Assembly: GCA_965655095.1 (NCBI GenBank)
Contig: OZ296652.1
Span: forward strand, 70,184,001 to 70,248,000
Direction: 5' to 3'
Length of the DNA: 64,000 bases
Source of the DNA: Haplodiscus bocki
Taxonomy: Eukaryota
The position numbers were made by a program, and so were the translations under genes. Under the pieces are notes generated by a model, which worked only from the letters and a program-made list of their open reading frames with translations, searched no databases and was not told where the DNA came from. This document shows positions 1 through 11,830 of this stretch, piece after piece (the stretch's first letter is position 1; every line of letters starts with the position of its first letter).

Positions 1-3000
1 AAATACAACAAACAAGTGGGGTTTGCAGGTTTAGAAAACATGCTGCGAACTCGCATCACTGATGGGTCGCTTTTAACTTCTAGTCACGCATCATATCTTC
101 AGTTCGTTTTTGACTGTCTTTTAAATTTGCAATTGAGTAAAACTGATATTCGAATTGTGTTGAACAGAGGCTGGCAAGAATTGGGCAGTACGCCTACAAA
201 TTACCAGTACTATTCAGCTGAAACGTTCAAGTTCGATTGTGAAGAATCCCGAAAAAATGTCTGTGAAGTAGCAGCACTTATTAGAGATAAAAACCCCACT
301 TATTTTGTTACATACACATGTGGGCAATCTACTCACCCTGGCTTGCGCAAAATTTTCGCGGCTATTGACAAACTTTACTCGCCCGATATGACATCCAAAG
401 AACTGAGATTATCTGTAATACAAAGTGAATTAATGCCTATGCTTAGATGTTGGCATCGAGCCTCACAGTATGTAATGCAATGGTTGCAATGTTCGGCCGA
501 ACAACCTTTGGGACCAATCTCTCACTTATGGATGAGATACGAGTGGCAAGATGAAACTTCGGCCTTTCCACACATCCATGCACTAGTGTGTACAGGAGAA
601 AACAAGTTTGGTCCGGAAGTTCGTTCCCGAGTCTGCTGTTCAAAAGAAACATTCATCGGCGCCTTGAGTGACTGTTGTCCAGCGTTATCGGATAGCGAAC
701 GGTTCCGGTTGGGAGAACTTTTCCAAAAATACCAACGGCACGATTGTGGCAAGGGAAGAAATAGATGTAAAAAAAAAACTGATTGGTTAGGAGAACCAGT
801 GTGTAGAGTGCCCAAATATCCTGCATCAGTTGGGTTCTCTTACAAGCAAATACAACCAAATTACTCGAAGGAAACTTGGGACTTGTTGAGAAGCATGAAA
901 TTGTCCTATATTGACCCTAACTCTTCAACATACAAAGTTGAGGAAGAACTGAAAGCTGGAAAGCATCACTACCCTGCTGCTTACAACGAACACATGTCAC
1001 CAACAAATGCAGCTTTGTTTGCTTTCACTGAAAGTAGTACGAACGTCCAAATTTGTGACGACGAAATGTGTTCACGCTACGTTGCAAAGTATGCTGCCGG
1101 TGTGGAAGGCCGGGCCTTCACAAAAATAGTAGCGTATGCTGGTGAGAATGAAGTGAAAGTCGAAACGGAACCAATTGTGAACGAAAAAATAGCCGGTGTC
1201 CAAACCAGCGTTACCAAAAAACGTCAAGAGGATGATAAACGCAAATCTGTAGCAGGAAGAATTGTTAGTATAACTGAATGCTTGTGGTGGGCTTTGCAGT
1301 TGCCGTACGTTTGCACAAACGTAGATTTCATTCATGTACCAACAGTTCCCAAAGAGTTCAGATCTGGAATAGTGATAGAAAAGCAAATTGCGAGGACCAT
1401 GAATTTCAGTGCTGTTTTTGCCGAAGCTGTTCGAATTCGGAAAAACGTTCTGAAGCTTCCAAAACATCGACAATTAACATAAAATCAAGAATTGTTGTTG
1501 GCAGATGTCGAAGTAAGCTCAATTACGCCTGACAAAGTGACTATTTTTGGCCTTAGACCACCGGAGCTTTTGTTTGTCAGTAGTTTGAAAAGTTATTTCA
1601 GCTGGTTCGTCAGATTCAAAATCAACAGTTCGAAAGGCAAAAGTAGTCATGAGATTTTGTTGAGTCGTGCATCGTGTAATGACTTTTGGGTTGATTGCCT
1701 TGGATACGTTATCAAGATACGCCCACCCGCAATCTTTGATTTTATTGATTTCTGTTCAACGAGAAGTGGTAACCGGAGGGACGAATTTTTGAAAGAGGAG
1801 TGCCGCAAACACGTTCTCCCCAAATTGCAAGGAACCAACAGTTGCCCCAGACTAGTAGCGTACAATCTTTGTTTCTCAGATCAAAAAGCCATTGTGGTTT
1901 TCACTAACACTCTACCCAGTAGTCCTACAAAGTTCTTGTTGCATTTTGTGCCAACTTTTGGTTCGTTTGACACCGAACTGGATATTCTTACTGTTTCCTC
2001 TCTCAGGGAAGCTTTTGTAGCTGCCAAACTGGTGGAGCGTAACAAAATTACTGTAGCAGTTGTGCTTCAACTAGCTCGCCGCTACCTATTGCAACAGCTC
2101 CGCTTCGTGCCGGGATCCTCTAAACTCATTGACAAGTTTTTGTTGATGGCAAATAGCGTTCTAGGAGAGGCACTGTTAGAAAACAATTTGTATTTTGCAT
2201 CCGGGGTACCAGCTGTTTTGGATCGCACTGTCTCTGCCGACTCCGAAGAAAATGTTGCTGTAGATTTGACAATCAGCAAGACTAGATTGGTGGAATTCTT
2301 ACACACATGTCAAATGGGACTTCCAAGCGAAGAAAGTATGATATATGCTTCCATAACTGCACCCGTTGATTGGAAACCCGACTTCGATAGACATCATAAC
2401 CAAACAGTGAAATCGTACTGTGAACAGAGTAAGATTTTGAAATATTTAGTTGAACTCGTGGACTTGTACAGAGGAGGAACACAAAATTTCGTCAGACATC
2501 AAATCATCGCTGGGGCGCCAGGAACGGGAAAAACATTCATCATGTTGAGAGCACTGAGTTATGCAATATGTCAAGGACTCAATTGCATGGTAACTTCGCT
2601 GGCGGCCGAAAGGTCGGCTGCTTTAGGTGGCAAGCATCTAAACGCTCTGATTCCTTTCCCGGTGGAGAAAAATGGAACTGTTAATTCTTTGTCTCGAGTA
2701 GCTTTGTCCAGTTTGCAGAAATCACCCGACAAAAGTCGGTTTCTCCAGAATTTGGATGTATTGTTCGTTGAAGAAATTTCGATGATCTCTAGTGAGCTTT
2801 GGGCTGCGACGGACCACGTTTTCCAAATCATTTGTTCAAACTACGTGCCATTTGCTGGCAAACTAATCATTGCAACAGGAGATTTTTTTCAACTTCCTCC
2901 TCCAAAAGGAAGTTGTCTGATCAGTTCTTCATTCCCTTTAACGACTTTTCATTTCAGTTTCCTCGAGCACTTTGTGCGTATGCAAAATGATACGGGTCAG

Positions 3001-4285
3001 AAAGTTTTGTCACTCATGTCAACTTTTCCCAGAACAACTGCCATCGGAAACCAAATTTGGAATTTGATCGAGCGAAATTGCAATTTCGTAGAATGTTGGG
3101 ATGACGTACCAAATGATACAATTTGAATTTTTGCTACTCGCAAAGCAGAAAGATATGCGACGTTGAAGAAAATTAATCAGGTGAAAGACAGTGGTTCCCA
3201 GTTCCATGAAAGTTCATCAACAGATGAAATGTGTGTGTCAAGTACGGACATCTGGATAGAAGCTTCGGGAGCTGCTACAAAGTTTTTAAACAAGAAATGT
3301 TTGGAGCCACAATCATTGTTTCTGTTTCCCGGAGCAATTCTTCGACTCACAGTAAACAAGCCAAATGTGATGGCTTTCCAAGGACAACTGTGTGTTTTGG
3401 TTTCCCTGGACTCGTTCGCTGACAACGGAACAGTAACTGTTGCCTTGGCACCTGCTGGTTGCCGATCCATTCCACCACTCTCTGTAATACGAAGTACCTG
3501 GAGATGTATTGTCCTCGCAAAGGAATTCGGAGTGAACATTCGTGTACACCACAGAACTATTTGTCGCAGAATCCAATTCCCCCTCAAGTTGTACGTAGCG
3601 TCAACTATTCATAAAAACTATGGGCGAAACACTCCCAACAGTTGCTACGCAGATTGTTGGAGCTCAAGAGTTTTCGCTTTGGTTGCCAGAGCAACTATAC
3701 GTAGTAATGAGTCGTGTTCGATCACTGACGGACATCACCTTCGTGGGATCGAAGCAGTCCAACGAAGGAGCCATCCTGAGTTTGCTCTGTAAAAAGTCAC
3801 AGTGGTCGGAGCTGACTACCGAATTCCTCCAGAAGTGTTCTTCCCGTGACCCAACGATCTTCCATGGTGCTACAAGCCCTTTTCCGTCAACCATCAGTAT
3901 ACCGCAGGAGAATGTTGGCTACTGTTATCTTATTCAGAGCCTCCCGCAAAACAACTTGTTATACATTGGTTCAACAATGTGCCTCAATCGACGAATTCGT
4001 GAACATAATGTTGGCTTGGGAGCTTCATTCACGCATGATCCCTCTCGAAGACCTTGGGTTTTGTGTGCTTACGTGACCGGCTTTCTTGCAAGCAGCTCAA
4101 CGGAGAGAATAAGGTTTTTTGAAAAACAGTGGCTTGGGGCAGTCACTAAAGTGCTTAACTTGAGGAAGAAGAACATCTCCCTCCCGAATGCATTGTCAAC
4201 AGCAGAAAACTTAATCATGAATTGGCCTCATAAAGAAGATGTCTTGAAGTTGGTAATTTGCTGTAATCAGCCCATATTGCATTAG
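1..4285 (+). pseudogene. Disrupted RepHel transposase: HUH Rep + Pif1-family SF1B helicase + C-terminal GIY-YIG nuclease
   Basis: Rep motif 1 YFVTYTC (301-321), motif 2 YEWQ..PHIH (538-579), motif 3 YVAKY (1078-1092). Helicase motifs GAPGTGKT (2512-2535), VEEISM, GDFFQLPP, QFPLKL..ASTIHK/TMG, LYVVMSRV. ORFs at 16, 1492 and 3163 share one frame, broken by TAA (1480) and TGA (3124). An extra A in the run at ~3613-3617 shifts into the 3620 ORF. Confidence 0.92.
3914..4285 (+). other. SLX1-like GIY-YIG endonuclease domain at the RepHel C-terminus
   Basis: GYCYLIQS...LYIGST..LNRRIREHN.G.GASFT...RPWVL.AYVTGF...RFFEKQW matches the GIY-YIG/SLX1 pattern, including the Arg, His-Asn and Glu positions. 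It is in frame with helicase motif VI (MSRV). Confidence 0.88.
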
Positions 4286-5203
4286 TACCTTAGAGAAACA
4301 CCGACAAACCACTTTTGAATTGCTTCGTCGACTGTGAAATGTGACGAAGTGAATGCCTTCTTACAAAAAAAAACGTAAAGTTCATTATACAATCGACACA
4401 TAAAATAAATTTTTAAACGTCCAACGTATAGTATATCTTCAATTGTTTCCGGTTGTTTCCAAAGTTGCACGTGTAAAGTTTCTAGTATGCGTGTTTTTGC
4501 TTTTTGCTGTGTTTAAGGAACGCTGAATTTGTTATTTCTCAATGTTTTACCTTTTATTATTTACAACAATTCAATTGTTCGTTTTGTGATGTCTTTGAGA
4601 GTAGTCTGCCGAGTATTTAGCCAACATACTCTTTTCCTTTCGGTTCAATGTTTAAGTAAATTTAACATGAAACTTTCTCGACAATTTTTTTTTGCTGAAA
4701 AGAATTTGCTGCAGTTTCAGCATGCATTTTTTAACGTTAAAATGGGTACATCAGGTGTTCATAAAGTGCCCCTTAACAATGAACGTTCCTTATTGCCCAC
4801 TATATGTAATGTTGATTGATTACAAAATTTATTTTTTTCCAATTGCATTTTTCGCATATGCTTATCTAACACTTTGTTTTGTGTATGCCATAACAACGAT
4901 ATACTCCCAGACAGTGTATGATAAAAGCCATGTACTTCGTCCTGTTTCGACCGCAAGGTGAAACACTTGGTAAAACGTTAGTGAAACTTCAATACCAAAA
5001 AGCAGACACTCAAACGAGCAAATATATGTTTAGAGCTTCTGGAACAATGTTATTTTCAGCTTTTGCGTTTTATACTCCAATATAATGCTAATGACAGTTA
5101 TCTTTTGTGTTCCATCATAGTGTACCTATGCTGTTGGAATCATTAATTGTCTGTTTTTTGTCGTCGCTCCTCGTCGTTGTTTTTTAACGTTCTGCAGATG
5201 TAA

Positions 5204-5967
5204 ATGAGACATCTTATCATAGCTGATTCTCTTGGGAGAAGACTTGTGAGGAAGCACGAAAAGCTGGAAGTGAAGTTTTTTCCTGGTGCCACGGCATGCT
5301 GCCGTCGGGTGATTGACTGTCTAAGAAACCTCACAACGTTTTATGAATCAATCATTCTGTTCATTGGGGGAAACGGACTTACGAGTCGGGGTAGACAACG
5401 GGGAAAGACTCCTGAGCACGTGAGTAATTTGTTCAACATAATGTCAAATTGGATGCGACTGAAAACATTTTAGGAAAGTAGTGGTTCCAACAACAGGGTT
5501 CATTGTCTATGAATTGATACGCAGGTGATATTTCCCTGCGAAAGCATTTTCCTACTAACAAGCAGATCTTCAATTGGAACTAAAAGTAGTTTCTTTTTTT
5601 TTCTCCAAAATTTGAATAAATATTGACAAAACCAAACGAACGCATGTTCAGCTCAAAAAATTTCGTTAACTCTTAGGTGGTTCGAGACATTATGTACCTC
5701 GTGCGTCTGGCCACTCCAATGTGTTACAGAGTATACTGTCTGGCTCTAGTCATGAGATCCAAACCGTGCCTCCTAGATATCAAAAGTGTGAACGATGGAC
5801 TCAGAAACTCTTCCGGTCCATATAATTTTGTGTCTGTGGCTAGCAAAATGAGCTCCAAGAGGAATTTGATGGATGGCGTGCATTTATCTCGTCACGGTGT
5901 TTCCAACTTGATGTACATTCTAAGGAAAAGAGTTTTGGGTACTGTACTACGTTTTTCTTACCAGTGA
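5204..5967 (+). CDS. SGNH/GDSL hydrolase, two exons (5204-5419, 5677-5967), 168 aa, intact
   Basis: Block I IIADS, block II PGA and block III IGGNG lie in exon 1; block V DGVH lies in exon 2. A phase-0 intron GTGAGT...CTTAG joins them in frame. Confidence 0.85.
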
Positions 5968-7288
5968 TAAGTACAAGTAACGAAGCTTTCGTGAAGTAGT
6001 TGTTGATTAATCAACGCAGTCTCTAACATGGTACCCTGCGTTTCATTTTTTGGTAATGGCGTTTTTGTTCTCTTTCTTCTTTGTTTCTTTTAGAGTATCA
6101 GAGTTGACTGGAAAGTTGTCATAATGTGACCGACAAAATTGTGATCAATTGTAATTGTTTATTGTCCACTGTTTTAACAGAGCGACGCGGAATACGTACA
6201 GCTGCTCATTGTCGACTGGGGTTCTGAAAGCAATCACATCCTTTTCCAGCTGAAAAAGAAATAAAAGTCTGGTGGTAAACCTGGACGACCAATGTTATGA
6301 GAGCTTCCTTCGGTATATTCGATTAAACAGATATTCCTATTTTATCGCGCAGCAAAAAATTGGTAGTTATTGGTTGTTTTACTGTGCATACAATTCAAAT
6401 GGACTTTAAAGTGATCTTAATTTCTAGTTTTCGTAACTTCTCAACAAAATTAAAAGATTTTTTTGATTAAATGTCAGTTTAATCCGTGAAACCTTTGAAT
6501 TTGGCATGTTGCGTTTTTTTTCTGTATGTTAGATTCTATCAGTTACGTTTTCCCATACACTTTGAATACTGCAAACCCATGAATGTTGGTCTTTGTTCTG
6601 CGTTGTTTTTATGCCTGTTACTTTTTCATAGCTAATTGAACTTTTCATTGAGATGAAACATTCCACAGATTACTTCCCGTAAAATATCGTTTTATGTAGC
6701 TTCGATTCAACTTCATTTGTTTAAGTCAAAGAACTGCCGATTGTTTCATTTCTTTTGAATTGCTATCCTTGTCTGTGCAATGAATTGTTTGTTTTTAAAA
6801 CGAATTGCATTCATGCTATACTGGTTTCCACAGAAAAACACACTTTTATCCTGAATTAACACGTTTTCAATCCGTATACTGTTTTCATTTGCATTTACAG
6901 CCATTAATATTCTGTGAAAATTCATTGAAGAATGAAATTGTGACCAAACATACCCATCATTCACTAATGACTGAACATTCAGACCGTTGAGACGTGGAAA
7001 AAAAGTTGAAAAAAGTCAGTTCCACATTTTGCGTGGCATCACGTAGTGAAACATGTAAATTTTTTCAACAGAAAAATAGCAAGAACTTTGTTATCGAACC
7101 GTTTCATGTATACTAACAATTGTCACTGTGACGTGGAAATTTAATTAAGTTGTGTTTCATCGTGTTCAACGTCATCTTCTTTGTTTTGCTTTTGAAAACA
7201 ATTAGTTCTGCGTCCTGAATAGGTTTACAAAATGTCACTGTGTAAACCGCGTTGTATAAGATGATGATTGAAAAGATTGTTCCAGATT

Positions 7289-8284
7289 ATGACCACCCGT
7301 GTCAATACGGCCCAAATAACTGCTCCCAATTTCTTGCGCAACAGTGAGAACACGTATATCCGAGGTGTTGTTTTGGTCTTTAAAAAATTTGATCGTCCCC
7401 TACAGTTATTTCGACCGCAAGCTGTAAAAGCTAAAAGAATGACCCCTGACACAAACTATTATCGCCTAATCATCATCGGCGAAATCGAAACGCGAGAATG
7501 CTTTGCAATAATAGCAGATTCTCTCCTTTTTGCTGACCGAAAATTAACTATTGGTGCCATCGTTGATGTGAAAGAAGCTATTTTTTCCAACTCCTGCCTT
7601 GGTAACGATCGAACCAATCCAATATTCAACGTGTCTCTTCCTTTAGAGGTAGTTACTGACGACCTGCCAATGGAGCCTATTCCTATCGATTTGAATCCCT
7701 CGACGGGTGCAATGTTCCACTTCTGTCTCCCACACCGACCCCTTTCGTTTTTGCACGCAATTCCTGTGTTTCCGACTTGTTCCGGTTTTTTGTGCGACAG
7801 AAGAAATAGAAAAAACGAAAGCATTTGTGCATGTTTACAAAAATCGACTTTGTCAGCATGGGTCATGTCAGCAAGGGTAATTAGTCAGGACATATTGAAC
7901 GAAGACGATGATCCTCTAACAGGGGATATTCTGCAAAGTTTGTCATTGACCAAACTTTTTTGTGAGGAAGCTATCATTAGATCGGCATACACATCAATTG
8001 ACAGGGGACTTTTGAGAGAAGCCGTCATGCGTGTTGCTAACCATGTTAATAACAATGGTGGGTGGAGAGTGTCAGGCTTCTACAAAACTGCTTTAACAGA
8101 AGAAAACATTGCGCAAAATGTTCAAAGGGTAAGAATTTGTCGAATCACTCCAGCGAATGAGATCCCTGCGAACTTGAAGTACAATGCGATTCCTTGGAAT
8201 GGAGACGATAGAAACCAACCACCATGCCTTTTTCACGCTAACCCAAATTTGCCGGCAACTAACAATGCAAACAACATGAGATGA
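7289..8284 (+). CDS. Uncharacterised ~331-aa protein, possible OB-fold with a Cys cluster (ssDNA-binding-like)
   Basis: Uninterrupted ORF (track 7268-8284, first in-ORF ATG at 7289) in AT-rich surroundings. It has alternating beta-strand patterns (YIRGVVL, RLIIIGE, IGAIVDV), a CSGFLCD..CAC cluster and AATAAA at ~8364. The fold assignment is inference only. Confidence 0.7.
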   Translation: MTTRVNTAQITAPNFLRNSENTYIRGVVLVFKKFDRPLQLFRPQAVKAKRMTPDTNYYRLIIIGEIETRECFAIIADSLLFADRKLTIGAIVDVKEAIFSNSCLGNDRTNPIFNVSLPLEVVTDDLPMEPIPIDLNPSTGAMFHFCLPHRPLSFLHAIPVFPTCSGFLCDRRNRKNESICACLQKSTLSAWVMSARVISQDILNEDDDPLTGDILQSLSLTKLFCEEAIIRSAYTSIDRGLLREAVMRVANHVNNNGGWRVSGFYKTALTEENIAQNVQRVRICRITPANEIPANLKYNAIPWNGDDRNQPPCLFHANPNLPATNNANNMR

Positions 8285-9050
8285 ACACTTAATTGAACCA
8301 ACAAAACACAAACAAATCTTCTGTCAATCACTGTTGTGATCATTTTTACTAGAGTTACAAATTAAATAAAGGTTCAACACAGGTGTTAGAGACAAAAAAA
8401 ACAAGGTGCAATGAATCATTCAACAGGCTACCGAAAGTTGTTTGTATGCAACATCGACTGTCAGTCACAAAGCATTCGACCGTAAGGTGTTTGCCCAAAA
8501 TTAAGAGATCAATTGTCGTTAAAGAAAATGAGAGTTGTCATGAAGTGGATTTATTTTACGTGCATCCACTTGAATTTTCAAGGGTTGCTACTATTCATTT
8601 GCAGTTAAATTGAGATTTCATTTTGTTTTACTGGTCAACTTTATTTAGCACCGTTTAAGTTGTTTTCTGTAGTTGGTAACTATAAGCTTCATTAAAAATT
8701 AAATGGGTCTCTCAGAGAAAAGTTTGTGTGCAGTTCCTTGTAACTAATCACCTCAAACCTAATTCAATGTCCGCTGAGACAAAAAAAAGTTGCTACAGTT
8801 ATGTTTAACTATAACGTAATTTTCACAATTTAAATTACAAAAAATTCGAAATTTAAGGAAAAAACTGCAACGAGTTTTTATGGATGGGCCCTAGTAAGAA
8901 CTTGTGTCACCGACAGTTTCGCAGCCGAGTAGTTTAGCACGAAATTTTAGCAAAGCTTCACTCGCGCCTCCAAAAAGTTGACGGATTTCAAATAGATCAA
9001 GTATTAAAACTGACTTTTTAGCGGGTTTTTCTTTTTTCTTTCACAAAGAA

Positions 9051-10681
9051 TCGTCATAACCGTCATTATTTTCGGCAATTTGACCGAAACTTTTTTTGTC
9101 GCAAAGTTTTTTTTCTTTTGATACAGTTCCCGTCACGTTGTGACGAAAGCTCACATCACTTTTTCGACATCAACTTGGGAGAAATGACAAAATGCTCGAT
9201 TTTGGCCTATTTTTGACAACTTTGAAAGGTCATATCTCCTAGGGCAATAGGAGCTGGCCAAAAATTTTTGGCATGTAGGTAGTCCACAACAATTGTGCTT
9301 CACACAAAAAATTTCGGTCCATTGCTATGGGTAAAGTCTGGAGATTTTGCGAAAAAAACATCGAAAATGGCCAAAAACCAGGATCATTGCGTCATATCTC
9401 CCCAACCAAAACAAAAACAATGATGTAGGTGCCAAATATCTTCATACATTGGCGGATTCTAGCCACATGCAAAGTTTGATCGAAATCGTATGGTTAGGTT
9501 TCGAGATCGTCTCCTTTTCGGCGGGTTCAGTGTAAGTGTAAACTTGATTTTTGAAGCTCGGCACAGGGCCCCTCCCCCGCCTCGCAACATGGTTTTGTGG
9601 GGCTAAAGAGCGTGACCACCCAGTGGAGGCAACGGTGAAATTCACCAGTTGGCGGCCACTGGTTATTTTTTTGTGCCAATGTATGCACTTTCACTGTTCC
9701 TATGAAACGTTCCATGTTAGGTACTTTCCCCAGTTTGAGTCAAAAACTACATTTTTAGAGACTTCTGTCATAAAAACTTAAAAAAGTAGATAAAGTAAAG
9801 AAAAGTGGAAATCCCTTTTGCCCCGTTATTCCTCCGAAACGCTGCGCTAATCTACGGAAAAACGGGGCGAAGGTGATGTGAAATTTGATTCTCGATTTTT
9901 GTCCTTTCTTTGTAGGTTTTTCAACCGTTTGTGTGATGTTCGAGAAAACTTTCGGAAAACTGTTCTACGTGAACCTTCTAGTTGATCTTGACCCCTTTCG
10001 GATGGGAGGAAGATTTTGGGCGAAGAAATCGCGCAAATGATCATCGGGATTAATTCTGCAGTCAAAAATTAATTTTTTGGAAGTTTTTTATTTTTTTTTC
10101 GGAAATTTCGTCATAACCGTCATTATTTTCGGCAATTTGACCAAAACTGTTTTTTTGTCGGAAATTTATCTTTCATTTGACACAGGTCCCGTCACGTTGT
10201 GACGAAAGCTCACATCACTTTTTTAACATCAACCTGGGAGAAATGACAAAATGCTCGATTTTGGCCTCTTTTTGACAAATTTGAAAGGTCATATCTCCTA
10301 GGGCAAAAGGCCCTGGCCAAAAATTTTTGGCATGTAGGTAGTTAACAGCAAATGTGCTTCACACAAAAAATTTGGGTCCAATGCTATGGGTAAAGTGTGG
10401 AGATATTGCGGGAAAAACATCGAAACCTGCCAAAAAACAGGATCATTGCGTCATATCTCCCCAACCAAAAGAAAAAAAAATGATGTAAGTGCCAAAAATC
10501 TTCATACATCGGCGGACTCTATCCACATGCAAAGTTTCATCAAAATCGTATGGTTAGGTTTCGAGATCGTCTCCTTTTCGGCGGGTTGAGTGTAAGTGTA
10601 AACTTGATTTTTGAAACTCGGCACAGGGGCCCCTCCCCCGCCTCGTAACAGTTTTGTGTCGCTAAAAAGCTTGACCACCAA
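9051..10681. repeat. Two diverged direct copies (~570 bp; 9051-9622 and 10108-10681) of a non-autonomous element module
   Basis: Both copies start TCGTCATAACCGTCATTATTTTCGGCAATTTGACC and end ...CCCTCCCCCGCCTCG...TGACCACC, with scattered substitutions. Confidence 0.9.
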
Positions 10682-10819
10682 GCATAGAGCATCAGTATTG
10701 TTCACTTTTCTATTTTAAATTTTTCGTGACGACTGAAAAACAAATGAAAACCTCAAAAAAAAACGAAAAACCAGACATACTTTTTTTCACTGCTCTCATC
10801 TCTCGCATCGTATGAACAT

Positions 10820-11830
10820 TCAAGATTTTTTTCTTTTTGAGATCCGAGATGGCGGACCCCGTTTGCTTTTCTTCCCAGGTTCCACCCAGGAATCATTGAG
10901 ATGTAGTCGACCTAGCAGGTCGCCCATGTCGCTCGATTCAGCGCCATTTAAAGCCTGGATCGCCGCTTCCCGTTTTCCTTCGGGCACCGCCCGTAAATCT
11001 TTCCTTGTCCCGGTCCCTACCCCAGGGCCATAATAGTTTGTCATTTCCCGAACCCTTTTCTCATATTGACTATTGGACGCCTCCCAGCCCGTCAACATTG
11101 CAGTTTCTTTGCTCAATGTTAAGACTGAATGAGCGCAAAGGGCAGGCTGTACGAGCAGACTTTTGGCATCGGAGATATAATTCAAAATCTTCTTCTAAAT
11201 TTCTGGGGTTCCATGCATTACCAACTCCATCAATTTTTTTGCACATCGTGTCTGCTTCGCTAAAAATTTCGAGGCAGCCCCCCGCTCTGCATTAAGAAAT
11301 ACCTTTTCGCCCACCGGAACATGGGCCACTTATTCATCTCCGGCAATTTCAATGTGGCCCTCAGTAAACCACCCACCCCAGGTAATAATTGCATTTTGTT
11401 CTTGTATTTCTAAATGAGTCGGGATCTACATATCTTTTAATTTCGACATCTCCATTGGCCAACCTTTAGATATTTGGAAGGTGAGATCAACACAGGTCAA
11501 TACTTTATTAGCCACATTTTCCTGCTTTTTTCACCCAACTTATCAAGGCTCCGACTGACTTACACGGTAATTTTTTTTACCACATACTATCTTGTGATAA
11601 ATTCTTGATTATATATTTTGTACTGCGAATCATTCTCACACCTGAATATTTTTCTTCCGTCGGAATGAGTCGCCTCGGTGTCATCCCAAGATGACAGACC
11701 TGCTCCGTCAAGTCGTGTCACTTTTCCAGCCAACCTTTTCCCATTCCACAACCTTCGAAACTTTTTCCCGAAAGAGACGATATTGCTGACCGATTGTTTC
11801 ACGTTTGTTTCTGGCTCCAGCATTGGCCAT
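10820..11830 (-). pseudogene. JmjC-like (2-oxoglutarate/Fe dioxygenase) pseudogene, no introns seen
   Basis: Minus-strand translation WFTEGHIEIAGDE*VAHVPVGEKVFL...*KKILNYISDAKSLLVQPALCAHSVLTL shows HxE (11348-11356), G-x-K and distal P-x4-H-x-V motifs in one frame with two internal stops. The 5' boundary is approximate. Confidence 0.7.

Larger units (their letters stand above)
1..8894 (+). mobile_element. Helitron-type rolling-circle transposon (5' end outside window) with Rep-helicase-GIY-YIG gene and two probable cargo genes
   Basis: HUH Rep and Pif1 helicase motifs occur in Helitron order. Candidate 3' end: stem-loop AAAAACT-gcaacg-AGTTTTT (8860-8879), 11 nt, then CTAG|T (8891-8895). The right boundary, and so inclusion of the cargo genes, is tentative. 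Confidence 0.75.

Noticed and set aside
1480-3620. Alternative genetic code or programmed readthrough in RepHel
   Set aside because: Two different stop codons plus a frameshift fit decay better, and neighbouring genes end in standard TAA/TGA.
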